Assembly: GCA_964013405.1 (NCBI GenBank)
Contig: CAXGWI010000019.1
Location: forward strand, 1 to 40,852
Length of the DNA: 40,852 nucleotides
Source of the DNA: an uncultured Myxococcales bacterium
GTDB taxonomy: Bacteria; Myxococcota; UBA4151
Reading direction: 5' to 3'
The translations under genes and the position numbers were made by a program. This document shows positions 17,194 through 27,165 of the stretch, one piece after another. Each line of letters opens with the position of its first letter. Position 1 is the stretch's first letter. The notes beneath the pieces were generated by a model, which worked only from the letters and a program-made list of their open reading frames with translations, had not been told where the DNA came from and searched no databases.

Positions 17194-18489
17194 ATGGAAC
17201 TGACCATCGGCGTGGTTTCTCTCAATGAGGTGGTCACCCTCTTTATCTGTTTGATGGGAAGCGCCCTTTTCTCAGGTTCTGAGAATGCACTGGTTTCCCT
17301 ATCAGAGGCCAAGACGAAGACGCTGATTGACGAGGGGCGCACGACACTTAAGCTCTGGTATCAGCAGCGTTTGCGTGTGCTGACTGCGATCCTTGTGGCG
17401 AACAATATCGTCAATATCATGGCCTCGGCCATGGCCGGTGCCATCGCCCAGCGGATCTCACCAGGAAGTCCCCAGATCCTGGGGGTCACCGTAGGTATCT
17501 TGACGCTGATCGTTCTGGTCTTCGGCGAGATTACGCCCAAGGCTTTCGCCCAGGCCCATGCAAGTCGCTTGGCGCCCCGGCTCATGTATATTCTGATTCC
17601 GGTCTACTACATTCTCTACCCCGTCACTCGTGTCCTTGAGGGCACGACGCGCAAGATCATCAACCTCGGTGGCTGGGATCTGAACACGGTAGAATCCGTC
17701 ACTGAAGCCGAGTTGGAACACTTGATCGCCCAGAGCCAGCAGAGTGGCGATCTCGATGCCCATGCAGGCCAACTCATCAACCAAGTCTTGGATCTCGACG
17801 AGAAAGCCGTTCGGGAGGCGATGACCCCACGCACCGAGCTGGTGACGGTGACTGGAGAGACTTCTCGGGAAGACATCCTCGCGCTCTATGCCGACGAGGG
17901 GCACAGCAGGCTGCCGGTGGTGGGTAAGGATATCGATGACATCGTCGGCGTCGTCTTCATCCGCGACATCATTCGTAAGCCGGAGGGTGCGAAGGCGGAA
18001 GACCTGATGCGGAAGTCCGTCTTCGTCAGCGAGCTCCAACGGGTCGACGCCTTACTCCGGGAGTTTCAACTCAATCGCCAACGCTTTGCTGTCGTCACCG
18101 ATGAGTATGGTGGCACGGCCGGCTGCATCGGTATGGAAGACATCCTCGAGATGATCGTTGGCGAGATCCGAGACGAGGACGAAGAAGAGTCCGTGATCGT
18201 GGTGTCTCCCGATTGCTGGGAAGTTGATGCCAAGACGAAGATGAATGACTTGGGGGATAAGCTGGGCCACGACTTCCCCGACTCGGAAGAGTATGACTCA
18301 CTCGCCGGCCTGCTGATCACCCAGTTGGACCGAATTCCCGAGGTCGGTGATGTTGTGACCGTCGACGTGTTTGAGTTCATCGTCGAAGAGACCGACGAAA
18401 CCCGGGCGGTCCGGGTGAAGATTCGGCGAATGGACGAGCAAGAAATGACCGGTGAAACGACCGCTATCGAGGTGAGTCAAAGCGGTTAA
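17194..18489 (+). CDS. CNNM/hemolysin-family Mg2+/Co2+ transporter (DUF21-CBS pair-CorC/HlyC)
   Basis: FSGSENAL, VFGEITPK, MTPRTE, HSRLPV, DEYGGTAG..MEDILE.IVGEIRDE, YDSLAG. Confidence 0.92.
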   Translation: MELTIGVVSLNEVVTLFICLMGSALFSGSENALVSLSEAKTKTLIDEGRTTLKLWYQQRLRVLTAILVANNIVNIMASAMAGAIAQRISPGSPQILGVTVGILTLIVLVFGEITPKAFAQAHASRLAPRLMYILIPVYYILYPVTRVLEGTTRKIINLGGWDLNTVESVTEAELEHLIAQSQQSGDLDAHAGQLINQVLDLDEKAVREAMTPRTELVTVTGETSREDILALYADEGHSRLPVVGKDIDDIVGVVFIRDIIRKPEGAKAEDLMRKSVFVSELQRVDALLREFQLNRQRFAVVTDEYGGTAGCIGMEDILEMIVGEIRDEDEEESVIVVSPDCWEVDAKTKMNDLGDKLGHDFPDSEEYDSLAGLLITQLDRIPEVGDVVTVDVFEFIVEETDETRAVRVKIRRMDEQEMTGETTAIEVSQSG

Positions 18490-19421
18490 TAGGTCTCGTC
18501 GACGCCTCGCAGTGTGTCCTTGAGCGTATAGGCTGGGCGAAAACCGGTAGCCTCTCGCAGGTGGGCATCGCTGACGATGCAACTGTACTGAATCAGGTCG
18601 AGTTCCTCTTCCCGAAAGCCGGTGGCCCGCATGGGCCAGGCGCTTTTTAAGGCCAAGGTCAAAGCCGTCCGAGGAATGGGAACACGCTTGCGGCCAAGAA
18701 ACGTCAGCGCTTGAGAGATGCGCACAGGTGGTGGGCCGGCGATGTTCACCGCGCCTCGCACACCGGGGGCGAGGAGGGCTTGGATCGCGCTGCAGAAATC
18801 CTCGATATGGATGAGTTGAACTTGTGGGTCGAAGCCCATGACGACGGGAACCCGGGGGCGTCCGAGATAGCGCATCGCCATCGACTCAATCCCTGAGCCG
18901 ACCACATTGACGGGCCGGGCCACCACCACTTCCGTCGCCGGCTCTCGCCAGGCGGTCACACAGCCTGCGAGGTCCATTTGCACCAAGTCTCGCCAAGCGG
19001 CGAAGCGCTCCCCAGCCAGCAGGGGGGCATCCTCGCTCAGGAACACGGTGTTGGCGGGCCGGTGCCCATAGAGTTCGGCACTAGAGAGGATGATCACCTT
19101 CGAGACGCCCTTTTTGACAGCCAACTTGAGGAGGCGATTGACGGCGACGACGTTGTAGGCGTGGTGCAGGCTCTCCCCGGCCCGAAGGTTGGTCAGCGTG
19201 CCGGCGTGGATGATGGCATCGAAGCGGTGGCGTCGAAAGAGGTGGTCGAGGGCCCGGCGCCGTAGATCGACAGCCTCACAGCGCACATCGACCGGCAGGT
19301 GCTTCGGGGTGCGGCGGTCGACCGCAACCACCTTGGAATGCCGATGGAGCATCCGAATCAGACGTTGAGCCACGGGTCTGCGGGCACCGGTAACGAGGAT
19401 CTTTTGGCGTTGTTTGGCCAT
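18486..19421 (-). CDS. NAD-dependent epimerase/dehydratase (extended SDR), atypical catalytic motif
   Basis: ILVTGA, IIHAG, LSSAELYG, FDPQVQLIHIED. Confidence 0.8.
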   Translation of the reverse strand: MAKQRQKILVTGARRPVAQRLIRMLHRHSKVVAVDRRTPKHLPVDVRCEAVDLRRRALDHLFRRHRFDAIIHAGTLTNLRAGESLHHAYNVVAVNRLLKLAVKKGVSKVIILSSAELYGHRPANTVFLSEDAPLLAGERFAAWRDLVQMDLAGCVTAWREPATEVVVARPVNVVGSGIESMAMRYLGRPRVPVVMGFDPQVQLIHIEDFCSAIQALLAPGVRGAVNIAGPPPVRISQALTFLGRKRVPIPRTALTLALKSAWPMRATGFREEELDLIQYSCIVSDAHLREATGFRPAYTLKDTLRGVDETY

Positions 19422-20230
19422 CAGTCGAAGACCCCTGTTCGGGCCGAGAGTCCGTGCTCGACGAGTTCGATGATACGCTCGCGCACCTCGTTGACCATCG
19501 GCTCGATGATCTCGTCATCATCATCCGGCCGGGCCTCGAAGACCATTGGGTCACCCCAATGCAAATGCAGGCGGGCCGGAAGGGGGAGGGGCGTCATCAG
19601 CATGGGCATTTGGGGCAGGCCAAACATGCGGCCAAGCCATTTGATGTTGCCGGCGCTCGGAAGCATCTCCTCACAGCCGACCACAGCCACGGGGACAATG
19701 GGTAGGCCGTGGGCCACGGCCAATCGTAAGAATCCCTGACCAAACTCTTGGACCTCATAGGCTTGGGAGTAGGGTTTATTGATGCCCCGAGTCCCTTCCG
19801 GAAAGATCAATAAGGACTGGCCTCTGCTGAGGAGGTAGTCTGCATTTTCAGGGGTTCCGGCCACCTGCCCACAGCGATCGAGCAGATTGCCGACGAAGGG
19901 AATACCCCCCACGAAGTGATCGACCATCGCCCGCAGCAGGAGTGGCTTCGGTTTATCGAGCAGCAGGCTCATGAAGATCATGCCCGCATCGATGGGAATC
20001 TGGCCCGTGTGATTGGAGACGACCATGAAGGGGCCATCGGGCAGGCGTTCCAAGCCGTGATTGAGCGTGCGAAAATAGTTTTTGTACAGATAGGCCAAAT
20101 AGCAGGCTGCTTTCGGCAGAAAAGCCGGCTCGAAACCGAAAGGGTCCTGGCCGAACTCATTGAGATCTGGCTGCTGCAGGCTGTTTACGCGCTCGCGCAG
20201 GGTATTTCTCAGTTCCCGGATCTCGTTCAC
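19421..20230 (-). CDS. Lysophospholipid/glycerol acyltransferase (PlsC-like)
   Basis: VSNHTGQIPID, IFPEGTRG, PIVPVAVVG. Confidence 0.88.
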   Translation of the reverse strand: MNEIRELRNTLRERVNSLQQPDLNEFGQDPFGFEPAFLPKAACYLAYLYKNYFRTLNHGLERLPDGPFMVVSNHTGQIPIDAGMIFMSLLLDKPKPLLLRAMVDHFVGGIPFVGNLLDRCGQVAGTPENADYLLSRGQSLLIFPEGTRGINKPYSQAYEVQEFGQGFLRLAVAHGLPIVPVAVVGCEEMLPSAGNIKWLGRMFGLPQMPMLMTPLPLPARLHLHWGDPMVFEARPDDDDEIIEPMVNEVRERIIELVEHGLSARTGVFD

Positions 20231-21108
20231 GGGCAGGTCTCGGCCACGTCACTGAGGGTGCGAAAACGCCGGTTGCGGACCAACTTCTGCAGGGTTTTTT
20301 CAAGGCGTCGTTGCCGCCGAGCGACGGGGACCTGAAGGTCTCTTCGGACCGCGACGAGTTCAGCTTCGACCTGGTCAGAAGAGGTCAAATCAATGGGATG
20401 AAGTTCCAGGTCGATGGGCTCGGTCCGGGTGGCGACAGTCCGGGTAATCAAAGAGCCCAGGGGGCTGGTGACCACGAGGCTGCCAATCCATGGGATCCCC
20501 AGCGCCCCGGTCATGGGCAACTCCAGGAGTCCGTTGTCGAAGCGGTGGGGCCGACCATCGCCGATAAAATCATTGGGTCGGCCGATGAGGCTCGCGCTGG
20601 GGCGGTCCGTGAGAGACTTACCGGAGATCACGGCGGCTCGGGCTGCCCAATACAATGGGCTTGGGAGCATGGAGCTGTCGTAGGTGAAACCAACCTTCGC
20701 TAAGGCATCCACCAGGGCCGGACTGAGGTTGTAGCCGGGGGCTCGAAAGCCCCGAGGGAGCTTTCGAGTGACTCGCCGTATGGCCTCTCGGGAGCGGTGC
20801 AGTTCCGCCTGAATTTCCGCTGGGCTGTGTTGGGAGAAATCGTAATCATGGCGGTGACTGTGACTGGCGATTTCATGGCCGGCCTTGGCCGCTTTGCGAA
20901 TGCGACGGGCGAAGTCGTCATCGGCCAAATCTTCGGTGACGACGAAGAGGGTCGCCGGGATGGCAAAGCGCTCGCAGAGTTCAAGGAATCGATCCAAGCC
21001 CTCGGTGAGGAAAGGGTCTGGGCCTGAGCGGGGCGGTAGGCCATGGATGGCCCGGTAATGGCGAATCCCATCGAGGTCGATGCTCAGGCTGGCAAGCGCT
21101 TGGCTCAT
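20227..21108 (-). CDS. Polysaccharide deacetylase (CE4/NodB-like)
   Basis: SIDLD, ATLFVV, HEIASHSHRH, GFRAPGY, YDSS. Start reassigned to ATG 21108 (ATGA overlap). Confidence 0.85.
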   Translation of the reverse strand: MSQALASLSIDLDGIRHYRAIHGLPPRSGPDPFLTEGLDRFLELCERFAIPATLFVVTEDLADDDFARRIRKAAKAGHEIASHSHRHDYDFSQHSPAEIQAELHRSREAIRRVTRKLPRGFRAPGYNLSPALVDALAKVGFTYDSSMLPSPLYWAARAAVISGKSLTDRPSASLIGRPNDFIGDGRPHRFDNGLLELPMTGALGIPWIGSLVVTSPLGSLITRTVATRTEPIDLELHPIDLTSSDQVEAELVAVRRDLQVPVARRQRRLEKTLQKLVRNRRFRTLSDVAETCP

Positions 21109-22070
21109 GGGATCCAGTGCTGACCTCGTTTGCCGTGGATAATCGCCCCCTTGAGCTCGGTCTTCGGCGGCACGACGGCATCGGGCTGGACGATGCAGTC
21201 TTCGAGGATGCAACTGTGACCGACATTTGCCCCGGCACAGACGTAGGTCCGCCCTTTGAGCTCCGTCTTCAGCCCCATATAGGCACCCTGTTCGATGATC
21301 GGTTCTTCCACATCCTCAGGCCAGAACAGATGATGGGCGGCCAGGAGGCGCTCCGGTGTACCCGCATCGGCCCAGCGCCCGTGGATCACGTGACCCTGGA
21401 CGTGGGTGCCCCGGTGGATTTCCGGAATGTAGGTTTCTCGGATGATACAGCTGAAGTCATCGTCGGGAATCCGAGCGAGAAACTCCGGCTCAAGCATGTG
21501 CACACCCCGAAAATAATGGGGGCTACCCTTTTCGCTGAATAAGGCCGGTGCCCCGGTGGCTTCCGGATCCCAGCCGGGCCCTTCTTCGAGCTTCGTGACA
21601 CCACCGATGATATCGGTCACCCGGTTGTTGTAGTCGGTCCGAACGACGCCCAGGTCTTCCCCCTCGTCTGCTGGATGGAGGGCCATCGTCGCCAGCGCCC
21701 CCGAGGCTTTATGGGCATAGGTCATGGCGGCCACATCAAAGTCGATGAGGATATCCGCGTTGATGACGAGGACGGTTTCATCGAAGTGGTGACGGGCCCC
21801 CTGTAGACCACCGCCGGTGCCGCGAATCTCCTCTTCATGGCTCCACAGGAGCTCCATATTGGCTGGCTTCCAGTGGTTCAAACGGCGTTCCAACTCTTCG
21901 CCGAGATGGTGGGTATTGATAACGACCCGCCGAATACCCGCTTTCATCACGAGATCGAGCGCGCAGTCGACAAGACGAATACCCGCACAGCCGACGAGGG
22001 CCTTGGGAACACGGCTCGTGAGGGGCCTGAGCCGGCTGCCAAAACCAGCGGCGAGAATCATGGCCTGCAT
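21105..22070 (-). CDS. murU: Nucleotidyltransferase, MurU-like (MurNAc-1-P uridylyltransferase candidate) with C-terminal hexapeptide repeats
   Basis: AMILAAGFGSRLRPLT..PKAL, INTHHL, GTGGG, NADIL, WADAGTPE; directly follows an amgK-like gene. Confidence 0.7.
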   Translation of the reverse strand: MQAMILAAGFGSRLRPLTSRVPKALVGCAGIRLVDCALDLVMKAGIRRVVINTHHLGEELERRLNHWKPANMELLWSHEEEIRGTGGGLQGARHHFDETVLVINADILIDFDVAAMTYAHKASGALATMALHPADEGEDLGVVRTDYNNRVTDIIGGVTKLEEGPGWDPEATGAPALFSEKGSPHYFRGVHMLEPEFLARIPDDDFSCIIRETYIPEIHRGTHVQGHVIHGRWADAGTPERLLAAHHLFWPEDVEEPIIEQGAYMGLKTELKGRTYVCAGANVGHSCILEDCIVQPDAVVPPKTELKGAIIHGKRGQHWIP

Positions 22071-23090
22071 CTAGAACTCCTGAACCAATTCGGGAACCAG
22101 GGGGGCAACCTGGCGGCGGAGGTCGCCATAATCGGGCAGTCGATCAAAGGCTTCATCGACGTACTTCAAGGAGAGGGGGATATGGGGGAGAAAGTCCGGA
22201 TTACCCCGAACCACATCGATGTAAACGAAGCGGCCCGCGTCCTTGAGTTTGCGCTGCAACGCATTGACGTCGAACCAGCGTCGGAAGGTCTCCCCATCGG
22301 GGAGTCCGGTGCGTTGGCTTCGATAGCGTTCGATCAATTGGCTCAGCAGAGGCTCGGGAACCTCCACATAGGAGTCCCGCAACAAGGCCACCAAGTCGTA
22401 GCAGCAAGGCCCTCGAAGGGCATCTTGGAAGTCCAACATCACGAGACCTCGTTCCGCCAGCATCAGATTACGACTCTGGTAATCCCTGTGGACAAAGCCT
22501 TCCGGAATCGCGGCCACCTCTTCGGCCAATCGCTGCAGCAGGGGCTCAAGGGTCTGCAGGGCGGCGCTATCCAGGGGCTCACCCCGCCGCTCGTCGATAA
22601 GCCATTCGCGAAAGTGATCGAGCTCCCAGCGAAGAAAGTCCTTATCGAAACGCTTCGCGAGCCCAGGCAGATCCTCGGGGCCCGCGTCTTTGCAACGCTC
22701 ATGGAGTTGAGCCAACAGATCCACAGCTTCGCCATAGAGGCTCTCCATGCTGCGGCCGCTGGCGGTCAGGGCCGTCTCCAGCGTCAGTGGCCCCAGGTCC
22801 TCCAAGGCCAGAAAGCGCGCCTGGGCATCCCAGACATATTCTCGGGGGACAGGCAGACCACGGGCTTCCATCCAGTTGCGGACGTGGCGAAAGGGCAGGT
22901 CATCACCGGCCACATCACCACCGATCTCTGCCGGTTTCTCCTCCACCGGTGTGTACATCACCACCATCGGTTGTTCGCTGCCGAGGACGCGGAAGTACTC
23001 CCGTCCGCTGGCCTGCTTGCCCATGACTTCGAGTGATTGGTGCTGAAGGTTCTGGCTGACGAGCCAGTTCGAGACGGTTTGGACGTCCAC
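22071..23090 (-). CDS. amgK: Anomeric MurNAc/GlcNAc kinase AmgK-like (APH fold)
   Basis: ASGREYFR, LEDLG, HRDYQSRNLM, LDFQDALRGP..YDLVALLRD, QRKLK.AGRF. Start reassigned to GTG 23090 to avoid overlap with nqrM. Confidence 0.78.
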   Translation of the reverse strand: MDVQTVSNWLVSQNLQHQSLEVMGKQASGREYFRVLGSEQPMVVMYTPVEEKPAEIGGDVAGDDLPFRHVRNWMEARGLPVPREYVWDAQARFLALEDLGPLTLETALTASGRSMESLYGEAVDLLAQLHERCKDAGPEDLPGLAKRFDKDFLRWELDHFREWLIDERRGEPLDSAALQTLEPLLQRLAEEVAAIPEGFVHRDYQSRNLMLAERGLVMLDFQDALRGPCCYDLVALLRDSYVEVPEPLLSQLIERYRSQRTGLPDGETFRRWFDVNALQRKLKDAGRFVYIDVVRGNPDFLPHIPLSLKYVDEAFDRLPDYGDLRRQVAPLVPELVQEF

Positions 23091-23097
23091 GTTGCGT

Positions 23098-23340
23098 CTA
23101 GCGCTCCCGCAGGGTTCGGTTGGGGTTCCCAATGGTGGCCACGGCGACCAGAGGGTTGTCGGTCGGGCAGACATCGTTGTCTTTTTTGACGCAGAGTCCG
23201 CACTCGAAACCAGTTTGTTCGGCGAGGGGTTGAACGCTGCCGCAGGAACCCTTCAGGATCTTACCCTTCACGATCAGGCCAATGCTCATGGCCGCGATGA
23301 AGAGGGCAAAAAATCCCGTGGTGACAAGGATCGTAGCCAT
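23098..23340 (-). CDS. nqrM: Na+-NQR maturation protein NqrM (DUF539)
   Basis: 80 aa; one TM helix then KGSCG and three more Cys; immediately downstream of apbE. Confidence 0.82.
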   Translation of the reverse strand: MATILVTTGFFALFIAAMSIGLIVKGKILKGSCGSVQPLAEQTGFECGLCVKKDNDVCPTDNPLVAVATIGNPNRTLRER

Positions 23341-23391
23341 GGCGTCTCCCGCTAACGACCTTCGATTAACACAAAGCCCTTGTGAACGCTA

Positions 23392-24438
23392 TCAGAGGGT
23401 TCCGGCCAGATGGGCTTTCGCATGCTCGCTATAACGCAGTTCAAAGCCCTCTTTATTGCGCAAGATCATCAGCGCCTCCAACTGGGGGTGACCATTGACG
23501 TAATCCATACCTGCTTCGGGGCCCAGCACCATGAGGGCGGTGGCGTAAGCGTCAGCATCGATACAGGTCGGCGCAAAGACGGTGACTGAGGCGAGGGTGT
23601 GCCCGATGGGCTTGCCTGTGCGGGGGTCGATGGTGTGACTGATACGCTTATCGCCTTCCATGCGAAACTGGCGGTAATCACCACTCGTCGCCATGGACAA
23701 ACCATTGAGCTCGGCCACCGCCGAAGCGGCCTGGCCGGGCGCGGCTTGGTCGTTGGGGGTCTCGATGGCCAGTCGCCAGGGGCCACCGCCAGGTCGTTGC
23801 CCCCAGGCCCGCACTTCGCCACCGATTTCTACCAGGCCGCTGTGGGCGCCGAGTCGTTTCATGGCCAAGGTGACGGCGTCGACCGCATAGCCCTTCGCGT
23901 TGGCGCTCAGGTCCAGCTTCATGCCCATTACTGCCCCTTGGAGTTGGTGAGGGCCCACCCAGAGCAGGTGGTGATAGCCCACCTTGGATTGGGCCTCCTT
24001 TAACTCAGCCTCGCTGGGGCCCTCTTTGGCTGCGTTCGCACCGAAACCCCACAGGGCCACCAGGGGACCGACGGTCGGATCGAAGGCACCACCAGTCTCA
24101 CGGGCCACGTGCAGGGCCTGTTCGATGACCGCCGCTGTCTCAGGAGAAAAGGTATAGGCATAGTCGGTACGCTCGTTGAAGCCATTGAGCTTACTGTCCT
24201 TCTTCCATGTGCTCATCTCGTCATTGATGCGTTCGAGGACTGTCTCGATGCCTTGTTGCGCCCTTGCCTTGTCCGCGGGTGACAGGCCGAGAAGTTTCAC
24301 GTTCCACTGGGTCCCGAGGGCTTTGCCGCTGAGGATGAGTGTGGTTCCACTTAGTTCACTTGCCCCACTTGATGGCTGCTGAGTCGACGAACTTGGGCTG
24401 CAAGCAGCAAGGAGGGAAAGAAGGAAAAAGGCGCGCAT
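23392..24438 (-). CDS. apbE: FAD:protein FMN transferase (lipoprotein)
   Basis: Lipobox LLAAC; GAFDPTVGPL, DLSANAKGYAVD, EIGGE, ATSGDY, HTIDPRTG, ADAYATA. Confidence 0.95.
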   Translation of the reverse strand: MRAFFLLSLLAACSPSSSTQQPSSGASELSGTTLILSGKALGTQWNVKLLGLSPADKARAQQGIETVLERINDEMSTWKKDSKLNGFNERTDYAYTFSPETAAVIEQALHVARETGGAFDPTVGPLVALWGFGANAAKEGPSEAELKEAQSKVGYHHLLWVGPHQLQGAVMGMKLDLSANAKGYAVDAVTLAMKRLGAHSGLVEIGGEVRAWGQRPGGGPWRLAIETPNDQAAPGQAASAVAELNGLSMATSGDYRQFRMEGDKRISHTIDPRTGKPIGHTLASVTVFAPTCIDADAYATALMVLGPEAGMDYVNGHPQLEALMILRNKEGFELRYSEHAKAHLAGTL

Positions 24439-24539
24439 GGAAAGCTCCCTCCCAGGGGCGCCACCATCGGGATGCCGTGGGGGTAGGTCAAGGCGGGAAT
24501 CTGGTCGACCATCGCTTTTCTCGCTACGTTCACCCTGAC

Positions 24540-27146
24540 ATGAAACGCAGCCTCCTCGTCCTTTTCATCGCTTGCAGCGGACCCTTGCCGGACCTTTTGC
24601 CGGAGTCTCCCCCGGTCTCGGGGGAATGTGAGGCCCACGCCGACTGCCCTCTTGACCGCCCTCAGTGTCTTGCCGCCGCCTGCATCGAGAGCAGTTCGGC
24701 AGATGTTTTCGTCGAGCACTTACGAAGCCCCGAGCTGCTGGGTGATGGCGGCTACATTCACTGGATGAAGTTAGAGGTTCCCATTCGTGCTGGCGGTCTC
24801 GGACTGGGAGCCGACTGGACCGTGACCGAGCGTGAATCCGGTTGGGTGAAGATGGATGGGGGCGAGCAACAACTGGTGGTTCACGAGTCGGGTTTTGCTG
24901 CCTTTCGGTTTGCGGAGGTCGGTTGGCCCGGTGAGGTCAGCTTGCAGAAGTTAAGGCGGGAAAGCCCATTCTTTCGACTGGATCAAAGGGCGTGGGTCGG
25001 CGGCGATTATCTCGAAGGGTTGGTTGAGGTGGCCGCTCGACGGGGCGTTCTCGACACACGAGACAGTTTTGGAGTTTTCGCCGCGGCGCAACATGGTTTG
25101 ATCATGGAGGAGACCCGAAACTTTATCGTCAGCGACTTTGTCACCGGTTTGATGGGCAGTGTTTTGGCGGCTCAACTGGGTAATACCACCCTGGTGAGTA
25201 TTTGGCGGCGTGCTTTGCCCCATGCTGCTCATGTGAACCCGCAATCGGGTGCCAGTGCCGAGCGCTTTCTCGGGCGGGCGATGGGCTTGAACTTGTCCGA
25301 GGCCACCGAATTTCAGGTGAAGTTGATGGTCAGGCCCGAGGCGCCAGAGGACGGAACCACGCTGCGGATCGAGATCAATGGTGAAATGCGGGAGCAGTCC
25401 TTGGATTTTGATTCTCCTGCCCAGTTCCAATTGCCGCCAGGCCGACACGAGTTGAAGATTCGGGCGCGGTCGCCGCTGTTTAGTTGGTTCCGAATCCAAG
25501 GTCGGAGCACAGGCTCCATTGAACTGCTCAATTGGCACAGCATCAATGGATTTCCTGAACCCAATGCTTTTCCCTCGGTGGATTCGGATGCTCGCCCCCG
25601 AGTGCTGAGTTTGCCCGCAGGTAGGGTCGCAGACAGCGACGGTGATCATTGGCCTGATCGTAGTGATCTTTGCCCGAACAAAGCCGACGAAGGGCAGGAT
25701 CGTGATCAGGATGGTGTGGGGGATCGCTGTGATGGGGTACAGGGCACGTTGAACATCGCCGATCGTCTCCACGCGGTCGATGCCAATCAAGAGACGCTTT
25801 TTGCAGTGGAGGATGGGACCAATGGTCAAGCCGCTCGTTACAGTCGGGTGCCGATCTCTCATCCCATCTCGGGAAGTGAGCGGTTTACTGGGATGGCTTC
25901 CGGTTTGATTGTGGATCGGCGGCTCGGTGAGGTGGACCGACGCCAAGAACTCTACCAAAAAGATGGATCGTTCTGGCTCACCTTCACAACCGATGGGTCG
26001 TCAAACGAATTGGTGGCCACGGCGAACGACCAACTGTTGACCACCGCTGACTATTGGGGTGCGGACAATGTTTTGACTACCCAGACTTATCTCTTTGGCC
26101 AAAAGTACTCGACAGACACGTTGGAAGTCAGGCCGATGATGAAGGCCTACAACCACTGGGCCCACCGAACAGCCTCTCAGCCCAGCAGCGGTCAAAATCG
26201 CTTGAATCATGAAATCAATGGTATTGGCGACATCGTGTTCTTTGCGGGGCGCTACATGACTGCATTGTATGGCCTCACTCAAAGCGGTGAGCTTGAAGGG
26301 GGACTCTGTGTGACCACCCCGCCAGGCCGGTTTTACGGCCGGCCCTGCACCCGGCAGGCTGACTGTAGCCGCCAGGAAGTCTGTGGGCGCACTCTTGAGG
26401 CACCTCCAGCGCGCCTCGGCGATGCCACGGGTTTTCGGTGCCATGCCTTACCTTCGTTTCCAGCCCTTCGAGCCAGCAGTTTCGATCGCTGTCTGCCCAC
26501 AGACCCAGAGCGACGCTGTCATGATGCTGGGCCTCCACCTCTGCTGGACGGCGAAGAGGCTGTGAGTCGCTGTCTGCCCTTCAATGACTTCGCTGAGGAC
26601 AGCCAGGACTTGGTTGCCCACTATTGGAATCAACTGGCGGGGTCTGTGACCTTAGGAAGCAAAGCAGGCTGGATTTTTGCGCTGCCCGTCAGCTCCATTT
26701 GGAACCCTTCGGAGCAGTGGTGGGCTCAGGCTGCGGATGATCAGAACCACATTGCGGTGGAAAATAATCTGCTTGGGTTCAGCCTTTGCCCTGAGGGCGA
26801 CTGGAGTGGTGGACGTAGACCACCGAGCGACTTGCTCGATCTCGACTATCTCGTCATGACGTTGCGCTTTTTTCTCAACAGGCGGAGCCCGGGGGATGAG
26901 CCCCTTCACTATGTTCCTGGCTACTGGAATTGGGATGGCAGTTGCGTCCCGCTCGACACGTGGCGGATTCCCGTCAGTTCGAGCCTGATCCCCCGAGCCA
27001 TCGATCTGGTGGATCTCAATGGTGATGGAATCGAAGAGGTTCGTCTTGAGGCGAGCCTCTCACCCCACATCGAAAACACCGCCGGGCTGACCTATCGTTG
27101 TTTCGACTATGAAGGTCAGGTGATTGAGCGGGGCTGCGCTCCCTAA
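24540..27146 (+). CDS. Large hypothetical lipoprotein (868 aa) with Cys-rich modules and thrombospondin-3-like Ca-binding repeats
   Basis: Start reassigned to ATG 24540: MKRSLLVLFIAC; CEAHADCPLDRPQC; DSDGDHWPDRSDLCP..DRDQDGVGDRCD; DLNGDG near the C-terminus. Confidence 0.75.
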   Translation: MKRSLLVLFIACSGPLPDLLPESPPVSGECEAHADCPLDRPQCLAAACIESSSADVFVEHLRSPELLGDGGYIHWMKLEVPIRAGGLGLGADWTVTERESGWVKMDGGEQQLVVHESGFAAFRFAEVGWPGEVSLQKLRRESPFFRLDQRAWVGGDYLEGLVEVAARRGVLDTRDSFGVFAAAQHGLIMEETRNFIVSDFVTGLMGSVLAAQLGNTTLVSIWRRALPHAAHVNPQSGASAERFLGRAMGLNLSEATEFQVKLMVRPEAPEDGTTLRIEINGEMREQSLDFDSPAQFQLPPGRHELKIRARSPLFSWFRIQGRSTGSIELLNWHSINGFPEPNAFPSVDSDARPRVLSLPAGRVADSDGDHWPDRSDLCPNKADEGQDRDQDGVGDRCDGVQGTLNIADRLHAVDANQETLFAVEDGTNGQAARYSRVPISHPISGSERFTGMASGLIVDRRLGEVDRRQELYQKDGSFWLTFTTDGSSNELVATANDQLLTTADYWGADNVLTTQTYLFGQKYSTDTLEVRPMMKAYNHWAHRTASQPSSGQNRLNHEINGIGDIVFFAGRYMTALYGLTQSGELEGGLCVTTPPGRFYGRPCTRQADCSRQEVCGRTLEAPPARLGDATGFRCHALPSFPALRASSFDRCLPTDPERRCHDAGPPPLLDGEEAVSRCLPFNDFAEDSQDLVAHYWNQLAGSVTLGSKAGWIFALPVSSIWNPSEQWWAQAADDQNHIAVENNLLGFSLCPEGDWSGGRRPPSDLLDLDYLVMTLRFFLNRRSPGDEPLHYVPGYWNWDGSCVPLDTWRIPVSSSLIPRAIDLVDLNGDGIEEVRLEASLSPHIENTAGLTYRCFDYEGQVIERGCAP

Positions 27147-27165
27147 TTATGAATCATTTTTCGTC

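Noticed and set aside
24439..24539. GGGAATCTGGT resembling the start of a cobalamin riboswitch upstream of the BtuF-like block
   Set aside because: The downstream CCCGC.ACTGT and B12-box elements are missing, and the region is short and shared with the divergent apbE promoter.
24339..24539. N-terminal extensions of track ORFs (24339 start; likewise 6998, 21213, 23174, 36035, 14358, 3786)
   Set aside because: Most overlap neighbouring genes or likely promoters. Downstream starts give signal peptides, RBSs or stop-start coupling that match family N-termini.
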